Virus record (IMG/VR): IMGVR_UViG_3300024270_000002
Direction: 5' to 3' (one strand)
Length of the DNA stretch: 64,000 bases
Source: a virus
Lineage: Duplodnaviria; Caudoviricetes
The notes under the pieces were generated by a model, which saw nothing but the letters and a program-made list of their open reading frames with translations, searched no databases and had not been told where the DNA came from. The position numbers were made by a program, and so were the translations under genes. Positions 58,101 to 64,000 of the stretch are shown here, in pieces (position 1 is the first letter of the stretch; the number at the start of each line of letters is the position of its first letter).

Positions 58101-58447
58101 AAAAAAAGAAACTTATTGAGGCAAAAGAAGAAGCTGAATCAACGCAAGTAGACTTTATTAATATCAATGTATTAAAAATCTATGAGCTACTTGATGAAGT
58201 CGCATCAGGCAAACGTAGCTTAAATGTAAAAGTATCTGGCTACGGATTAACTAGAGCTAGTAATTCTGCAGCTCTAGGCAGCGCTCAAGGTGGTGTTGCT
58301 GGTCTGCTTAGCAACACGGCTGCTAGTGACTATACTGATAATGTACTTACTAAGGGTTTTGGTGCTAGCAGCGGTGCAAGTGGGAGCAGTTCTACTGATA
58401 GCTTCGGCAACACTAATATAGGCCTTGGTGGCTGGTCCATGACATAA
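55166..58447 (+). CDS. Tape measure protein
   Basis: 1093 aa, helical Ala/Glu/Lys-rich, follows chaperone. Confidence 0.75.
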   Translation: MADRELGKLSSEQIQKLANTISEAKSLTSQQEEIITKVLEGEIEIGNTRIASLEKYFDIYSRNLDKVASKYSDLDDAFLVLNNKLTENYKKLSSDITKLSEQLKKATEDSGEATSNRSSKKSNETDDTKNNKPATQGLTSDLIDKDTASAIRQIAKALTERPRPDTATAYTPLSGGQMRDAFTVNGSSDGGVTGQSGQPSIPDTVDVGQIVTEASGELLRPERTSADIVEHLRSIETVRKAIEELHAAEEEARKTGDYARLEAAKNNYDQIAESHNEHLKTLKLARDKYLNSIIEAEEATKKKSADLELAKLHTQEMQEARYTEFRLKELDKVLDAELAAKEFENQLAAEIKFANSDEGIDLRIREAQAKDELASAKELAARKANFIVEAERQARLAAKNDDEYKEAVKRIRKEADIKFKADKETLEKLTKERLTQEAKEADKKKEAKKKELRELGENILTSGPLFGKNGIKARYNDFVENAVKNAEENGDDAEDAKTAAQIQGAVLAISSLAKQLENTVDQIASYKGDIDTRLQGSNNEKYAGSYWDRLAKDMISVGAVTPYFKQEDFANNIKTLVDRGIAFDLKQRAFLMTIQEKIANTFDVADGTLLRLIRIQQEDSTAGRLGMESALNSFLNEMYENTEYLKDVAASVRGSLQEMEALMGGAEATEVEYQVQKWMGSLYSVGMSQDAVQSIANALGQIAAGQVDALTSGNGAGNLLVMAANEAGIPIADILAEGLDSTETNKLLQATVNYLADIAESTEGNNVVQQQLANVFGVKASDLRAATNLAVPGTTEDIFKESLSYDNMLRQLYKMAGSMGLRTSLGEKMSNVWANGQYTLAGSMASNPMSYLLYKTATLLDNTVGGIDFSIPLIMGNGTAQTFNVADIMRVGAIGGGVLGSLGQLVKGLASSFSGHRMLASMGIESGSGLKVTPRGTGAGVGAGDAGDGGKSTSGSGYVGNANASDIKKSTIQETKDSEKKKLIEAKEEAESTQVDFININVLKIYELLDEVASGKRSLNVKVSGYGLTRASNSAALGSAQGGVAGLLSNTAASDYTDNVLTKGFGASSGASGSSSTDSFGNTNIGLGGWSMT

Positions 58448-58459
58448 GGAGGAAAATAA

Positions 58460-59962
58460 ATGTTTAAGTATAATAATTCACATATTTTTACAGGTTATTT
58501 AAAACAATTATTAACCTCATTTAACCTGCCTGCAGGAAAGGTCTACACACATGAATTCGCAAAATACTTAGAAAAGCATGGCAAGGAAGACCCGAGGGTT
58601 TTAGAGTCATTTGACACTATTGATGAGAATCGATTAGGCGTACGTATAAACTATCTGAAAAATAACGAACTATATAACTATTTCTGGCGCTACACTAAAT
58701 CAGAACAGGACTTAGGACGGAGTAAAGCTACTTGGAAAAGCTGCCCAGGTACCTATTATGATAGTAGCAAAACAGTACACGGTATAACAAAAAGCTTATC
58801 TAGCCCTGGCACTATTTATGATGCAAAAACACATGAGTACTTAGGCGAGTACCTACGTTTTATGCGAGATTATCATAATATTAACTTAATGTCTTTGTAT
58901 AACTGCTTTACAGATAAAATTTATAATAATATAAACTTTAACTTTACCATAAATCCTAATAGCAGTACTAAAGCTGTTTTTAATACACAAGACCCTGGGT
59001 ACAGAATATATGCACTACCAGTTAAACTTTTTGCAGAGTACACCATAGCTATAGATAGTAGCCAGGGTATTGAGCTATTTTGCGGGCTTTATAATACTAA
59101 CCTAGACACGTCAGAAAAAGCCGAGGAGTTTGCGGCAATGACTTATAAAAAAGTTAATAAAGCATTATTTAGTCAACCGTTTATATACGATAACTTAAAT
59201 ATAGATAACTGGTTAGCCGAAGAAGACAAGCACGACTTTACCACTGTTAACGGAAAAAAAGTAATTCGTACTGACGTTTATACACGCTGGGATATTGCTA
59301 ATCGTGAAAAGGACTTAAAATTAATTATAAAAGTACCTATTTCCTGCAGATCTTCCATAACGATTTTGGAAGGTGATTTTCGATCTTTTAATGACACCAA
59401 GTATGCACCAAAAAACAAAGTGTTAACATATCAAAACAATCACAGTATTTTAAACTTTGACAGTTCTATACGCGGCGATAATATTGATTTAAATAACTAT
59501 ACTTTTAAACCAATAAGCAAGCTACAACTTCTAGCAATTAATACCGGCGAATCTTACCCATTCGCAGATAGACTAGTAGAGTATCTTAGTGGAAGTGCTA
59601 CTACATCGATAGATGAAATATCGGATAATATTAAACGAGCTCAAAGAATTATGAGTCAAAATAATCACTACTTCGCGATAGATGGACTTTGGGAAGGTAA
59701 GATGCAAAATATTCTATATGATTATGTAATGAACTCTGGGCCAATTGAACTTGATAAAGAGGCTGATAAACTGGTAGACAGGCGCCGTGGGCACCATGCT
59801 AGACAAGGCTACGGAGCAAAAAGTGCTCTGTATGATATATTAGGCTATGTAGATAAAGACACAGAAAAATTATACGCTAGCTGGAAAAAAGAAAACGGCG
59901 CCGCAAAGACTAAGAGCAGTATACAGAGTATAGATATATACAATGGACTATATGACATTTAA
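58460..59962 (+). CDS. Hypothetical tail/baseplate protein
   Basis: Position only; AAGGAGG RBS. Confidence 0.55.
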   Translation: MFKYNNSHIFTGYLKQLLTSFNLPAGKVYTHEFAKYLEKHGKEDPRVLESFDTIDENRLGVRINYLKNNELYNYFWRYTKSEQDLGRSKATWKSCPGTYYDSSKTVHGITKSLSSPGTIYDAKTHEYLGEYLRFMRDYHNINLMSLYNCFTDKIYNNINFNFTINPNSSTKAVFNTQDPGYRIYALPVKLFAEYTIAIDSSQGIELFCGLYNTNLDTSEKAEEFAAMTYKKVNKALFSQPFIYDNLNIDNWLAEEDKHDFTTVNGKKVIRTDVYTRWDIANREKDLKLIIKVPISCRSSITILEGDFRSFNDTKYAPKNKVLTYQNNHSILNFDSSIRGDNIDLNNYTFKPISKLQLLAINTGESYPFADRLVEYLSGSATTSIDEISDNIKRAQRIMSQNNHYFAIDGLWEGKMQNILYDYVMNSGPIELDKEADKLVDRRRGHHARQGYGAKSALYDILGYVDKDTEKLYASWKKENGAAKTKSSIQSIDIYNGLYDI

Positions 59963-59976
59963 GGAGGATTTTTGAA

Positions 59977-60564
59977 ATGCCAGATACAGACGTTATTAAT
60001 AGAATACTCCCAGACTGTTACATATACATTTCTCACTTAGATTTACCAGAGGAAGCTAAATATTGGATGTTACCAGGTTACCCAGAGGAAGTAACTGACC
60101 AAATGAACTCCACTTTTATGGAAAATAGTGCATTAGGTCGCTCTGCCCCAGTTTATACGTTCAGTAACTCCGGTCCTAGGTCCATTAACATTAGTCTAAC
60201 TTTCCATAGAGATATGTTTGATGAGATGCCGAGTAACGCGGCGCTAGCTGACGGTGAGGATAAAGCAGAAAACTTTATTCACGCTATTCAGGCAATAGCA
60301 GTCCCAAAATATAATTTGTCGAATAAAGCTATAGAGCCTCCCCTTGTTGCAATTAGACTAGGTAGTGAAGTTTTTATAAAAGGAATTGTGTCTGGTGGTG
60401 TCTCGGTTACCTATGGTAAACCAATTTTAGCAAATGAGAAATATGCAGTAATAAAGATCAGTTTTACAGTATCTGAGGTAGACCCATACGATGCAACTAC
60501 CGTTTTTAAAAATGGCTCATTTAGAGGCCTTACTGCAACGCTCCGGAATGGCATGCATTTTTAA
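59977..60564 (+). CDS. Baseplate tube-initiator-like protein
   Basis: LGRSAPVYTFSNSGPRSI, PKY...PP.V.IRLG. Confidence 0.65.
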   Translation: MPDTDVINRILPDCYIYISHLDLPEEAKYWMLPGYPEEVTDQMNSTFMENSALGRSAPVYTFSNSGPRSINISLTFHRDMFDEMPSNAALADGEDKAENFIHAIQAIAVPKYNLSNKAIEPPLVAIRLGSEVFIKGIVSGGVSVTYGKPILANEKYAVIKISFTVSEVDPYDATTVFKNGSFRGLTATLRNGMHF

Positions 60565-60583
60565 AATAAGGAAGTGAAAAACA

Positions 60584-60913
60584 GTGAATACTTTGAAAAA
60601 TAAAATGTATGCCAACTTTGATTATCTAAGTCGGTATACTAATACACCCTATTATTATGATACACTCGAAGATAGACAGGTCTATGGAATAGGTACTAAT
60701 CTAAAAACAAACACAGAATTTGTCACACATAAAATAAGAAGTAATGATACATTAAATTCGCTAGCTTTAAAATATTATAACAATCCAACATTTTGGTGGA
60801 TAATTGCATATTTTAATAATATCCAGGATCCATTCAAGCCGCTCAGAGATAAATACGTCACAATAAAAATTCCAAGTATTTCTAGTATTGAGTTCGGAAA
60901 GGTTAACAAATGA
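60584..60913 (+). CDS. LysM-type baseplate wedge protein (gp53 / P2 X-like)
   Basis: DTLNSLALKYYNNPTFWWIIAYFN..DPF...IKIP. Confidence 0.8.
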   Translation: MNTLKNKMYANFDYLSRYTNTPYYYDTLEDRQVYGIGTNLKTNTEFVTHKIRSNDTLNSLALKYYNNPTFWWIIAYFNNIQDPFKPLRDKYVTIKIPSISSIEFGKVNK

Positions 60914-62202
60914 GTGAGATAATAAAAAACAAGAGCCTGCTATCTAGCCAAGCTAGAATACAAGTACCTTGGGTAAAAGTTACTATAGGCGATTATACCT
61001 TTGGAGTTTTTGATGACCAAACAAAGGAGTGGGGCAGAGATAGCGCCGACTTTTATCAACCGTTTTCAATACAATTTCCACAGTATATAAAGACACTAGA
61101 AGTCACTAAAGTAAACGGGCAGGTAAATAAATATACCCTAAATATAAACTATCCAATTACTCAATTTGATGACCCCAACTTCTTTGAGAAGGTTTTCTCT
61201 AGCGTAAGCAATACTAGAAAAATAATATTTACTTATGGTGACGCAGAAAACCCTGCTTATGTGTATAAAAACGAAGAGGCTATTATAACCAGTGTATCAC
61301 AACAGTTTGCTTTACAAAATAGTTCAATCGACTACACTGTTACTGCTGTATCTAGTGCTGCTTTATCCACTGACGGTAGTATTACTAAAGTTGGAACAGG
61401 GAGTGGTATTAAAGTAAAGCCAAGTGACGAAATTAAAAATCTATTTAGAACTAATACAAGCCTTCGGAATACTTTTACTGGCATGTCTTCTGCCGACCTA
61501 GACAGTCTCATCGCTGGTGATGATATGGCAGTAGAGCTCGAATCTAAACGAAACATCTCTGCGATAGACTATATAAATTACCTAGCAGGCTGTATGATCC
61601 CAGAAGGGTCTGCTCCAGGACTAAGTAAAGAAATTTATATATTAACTATACACGACGACTCTATAACTAGTGCAGATAGGTCACTTAGCAAAGCAGGGCC
61701 ATATTTTGAAGTAAAAAAAGTATCTACTATCATGGATCGTGGAGATGCTTACGAAATTGATATCGGCATAAATACTTCTACAATAGTAAGAGAATTTCAA
61801 ATTAATAAAAATGAAAACTTCTCAATATATTATAATTATCAAAATCTAGCCCACCCGGAAAATTATAAACGAAAGCTAAATGCTGACGGACTTTGGGAAG
61901 ATGAATATGCACCAACAAGTATGGTGCGAGAAGGCAAGTTTGATATTAAGTCAGATGACAAAGTTTGGTGGACCAAAGCAACGCAATTCCCAATTAGCGC
62001 TACAATTAAAATTCAAGGACTACTAAGACCAGCTACGCTAATGCAATATGTAAAGCTCAACGTAATCTTTCCAGGAGGTAATAAACACCTCTCTAGCGGG
62101 CTTTATATTGTAACAAGTCAAGTAGATAATATTGGTCCAAATGGATATGCCACTAATCTAGGATTAACAAGAATAAAAGGCGACATGGATAAGATTCAAT
62201 AA
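60910..62202 (+). CDS. Baseplate hub protein (gp27 / P2 D-like)
   Basis: C-terminal ATIKIQG...SGLYIVT...GYATNL pattern; position. Confidence 0.65.
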   Translation: MSEIIKNKSLLSSQARIQVPWVKVTIGDYTFGVFDDQTKEWGRDSADFYQPFSIQFPQYIKTLEVTKVNGQVNKYTLNINYPITQFDDPNFFEKVFSSVSNTRKIIFTYGDAENPAYVYKNEEAIITSVSQQFALQNSSIDYTVTAVSSAALSTDGSITKVGTGSGIKVKPSDEIKNLFRTNTSLRNTFTGMSSADLDSLIAGDDMAVELESKRNISAIDYINYLAGCMIPEGSAPGLSKEIYILTIHDDSITSADRSLSKAGPYFEVKKVSTIMDRGDAYEIDIGINTSTIVREFQINKNENFSIYYNYQNLAHPENYKRKLNADGLWEDEYAPTSMVREGKFDIKSDDKVWWTKATQFPISATIKIQGLLRPATLMQYVKLNVIFPGGNKHLSSGLYIVTSQVDNIGPNGYATNLGLTRIKGDMDKIQ

Positions 62203-62205
62203 GCA

Positions 62206-62242
62206 TAAAAGCTTGACTATTGCGCAGTCAAGCTTTTATTTT
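62206..62242 (+). terminator. Terminator
   Basis: TAAAAGCTTGACT...AGTCAAGCTTTTATTTT. Confidence 0.85.
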
Positions 62243-62364
62243 ATGCTAAATTATATAGACTATTTTAGTATAAATTAAAGTAGCTATTGTATGTGAAAAC
62301 CTGAAATGATGGTTTTCTTATAACTCCAAATTTTGAAAATGATAAATTGAAAGGGGTACTCTTA

Positions 62365-64000
62365 ATGGCAGAAACAAAAGCCGTAAAAACAAGAATTCAA
62401 TCTAAACATGGTCTTGAAAAAGATTGGATTCAAGCAACAAACTTCAGACCACTACCTGGTGAAATTATTGTCTATGAGCCGCAGGTTACAGAAGCATCAA
62501 GAAAAATAACAGGTGATGTACGAAAAGACGAAGTCCTTCCTGTTATAAAAAGACCTAGATTTAAGGTTGGTAATGGAACTGACGTAGTTACTGATTTACC
62601 TTTCGCAGAACAAGAGCAAGTTGTGAAAAGAGGTGAGGGCGAATATTCTACAGTTAGTGGGCAAGACACCGAGGCAAAAGGTTTTGCAGCCCATGCTGAA
62701 GGATATAGCACCTCTTCAGAAGGTTTTGGATCTCACGCAGAAGGTGCGATGACACAAGCAATCGCAGAAGCTTCTCACACAGAAGGCAAGGGAACTGTCG
62801 CTGCAGGTATTCGTGGACACGCTGAAGGACTAGAAACTCGTGCTGTTGGTGAAGACTCTCACGCAGAAGGTATTGCTTCTTTTGCAATAGGTAAAGGAGC
62901 TCATGCAGAAGGCTATAAAACAAATGCAGGAGCGCCAGAATTTAAAATAACAACATTTGATGATGAAACTAAGACTTATACTAGTAACATAATTCCTGAT
63001 TTAACATATGTTGGAATTGACTTTACTAGTGAAAATCTTTGTGGATATATTAAAGTAAAGGATTATACGCAGACGCCACTACTTAGATATGCGTCATTGG
63101 GTCAAGTTGAATTAACAAGAGATTTAGATTCAAATACTTTCTCAATAAAAGTAATTGATGAAGATAAATATATATCTTATGAGAATATATTAAAATATGC
63201 TTCTGAAGTTTATTTTATTCTTGAAGATAGATATTTTGAAATAGAAGGCGGTGAAAGTGGAGATATCCCTGATATCCCAGAAGGTGAGCTTCCTATATTT
63301 GCTCTTAGTGAATTAGGAAGCTCTGCTCACACCGAAGGATTTAAAACTTATGCTTACGGCGGAAGTGCACACGCTGAAGGTAGATACACAGTAGCATTAG
63401 ACGATTTTTCACACGCAGAAGGCGTGCTGACTAAGGCTTTCGGATACGCTTCTCACGCAGAAGGTAGTGAGACCGAAGCTAGTGCAAATTATACTCACGC
63501 AGAGGGCGCTAATACAAAAGCTACAGAATATTTTGCTCATGCAGAAGGATACGGAACTAAGGCTACTCAAGCTGCAGCGCATGCAGAAGGTCGTGGTGCA
63601 ATAGCCTCAAATGCAGCTGCTCACGCAGAAGGAGAACACACTATTGCCTCAGGATTTTCAGCCCACTCCGAGGGCGATATGACTCGCGCGGCTGGTGGTA
63701 GTGCTCACTCTGAAGGCTACAATACAAAAGCCAGTGGTTATGCTGCTCACGCAGAAGGAAGTGGAACGCAAGCATCTGGAAACTATTCACATGCTGAAGG
63801 TGCAGATACTATAGCTCTTGCTGACTTCCAACATGTTCAAGGTAGATTTAATAAGCAAGATGATGCGCAAAAATATGCACATATTGTTGGTAATGGAACA
63901 AATGAAAATAATAGATCCAATGCGCACACAGTGGACTGGGAAGGTAACGGATGGTTTGCTGGTGATGTTATGTCAAGCGACAGCACGCTTGTCGGAATAA
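62365..64000 (+). CDS. Tail fibre/adhesin with YadA-head-like 14-aa (S/A)HAEG repeats; runs off window (missing from ORF track)
   Basis: ATG 62365 after TGAAAGGGG, no stop to 63999; N-terminal W...GE...FKVGNG...LP fibre-attachment-type domain; 6 + 13 repeat units at a 42-nt period. Confidence 0.85.
   Translation, partial: MAETKAVKTRIQSKHGLEKDWIQATNFRPLPGEIIVYEPQVTEASRKITGDVRKDEVLPVIKRPRFKVGNGTDVVTDLPFAEQEQVVKRGEGEYSTVSGQDTEAKGFAAHAEGYSTSSEGFGSHAEGAMTQAIAEASHTEGKGTVAAGIRGHAEGLETRAVGEDSHAEGIASFAIGKGAHAEGYKTNAGAPEFKITTFDDETKTYTSNIIPDLTYVGIDFTSENLCGYIKVKDYTQTPLLRYASLGQVELTRDLDSNTFSIKVIDEDKYISYENILKYASEVYFILEDRYFEIEGGESGDIPDIPEGELPIFALSELGSSAHTEGFKTYAYGGSAHAEGRYTVALDDFSHAEGVLTKAFGYASHAEGSETEASANYTHAEGANTKATEYFAHAEGYGTKATQAAAHAEGRGAIASNAAAHAEGEHTIASGFSAHSEGDMTRAAGGSAHSEGYNTKASGYAAHAEGSGTQASGNYSHAEGADTIALADFQHVQGRFNKQDDAQKYAHIVGNGTNENNRSNAHTVDWEGNGWFAGDVMSSDSTLVGI

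Noticed and set aside
63328-63843. 42-nt periodic repeats as a CRISPR array
   Set aside because: Repeats vary at synonymous positions and encode HAEG units in an open frame; no repeat-spacer structure
63818-64000. 60-aa ORF in the track
   Set aside because: Out-of-frame shadow inside the fibre gene starting at 62365
62365-64000. Diversity-generating retroelement targeting the fibre
   Set aside because: No reverse transcriptase or TR/VR pair in the window; cannot be excluded beyond the edge

Overview
A 64-kb segment of a large, AT-rich tailed phage with T4-like head genes and a contractile tail. Essentially all real genes are on the + strand in the standard genetic code, and the strong SD sites and RecU-like nuclease hint at a Firmicutes host (weak inference). 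The left part (1-26 kb) is a replication/recombination module: DnaB, DnaG, gp32-like SSB, a split family-A DNA polymerase, a beta clamp with a full DnaX/HolB/HolA loader, RecA, resolvase-like nucleases, a Cas4-like nuclease, SbcCD and topoisomerase IA, plus several catalytically degenerate enzymes. The middle (26-36 kb) holds late-promoter genes (MoxR AAA+/HExxH peptidase/VWA trio, nucleotidyltransferase, SWIM protein) carrying putative prohead-protease LxE sites. The right part (36-64 kb) holds terminase, portal, protease-scaffold, MCP, neck, sheath, tube, chaperone, tape measure, baseplate and a repeat-rich fibre. Most striking: (1) polA is broken twice in one reading frame, first by a degenerate split-intein-like insert and then by TCT-TAG-TCT inside catalytic motif A within a hairpin, which suggests programmed ribosomal stop-hopping; (2) a G.U-rich hairpin RNA made from a late promoter has a loop complementary to the RBS of the upstream gene; (3) two recurrent promoter motifs partition the window; (4) a start-less +1-frame ORF follows the tail chaperone. 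All calls come from reading motifs by eye; no searches were run.
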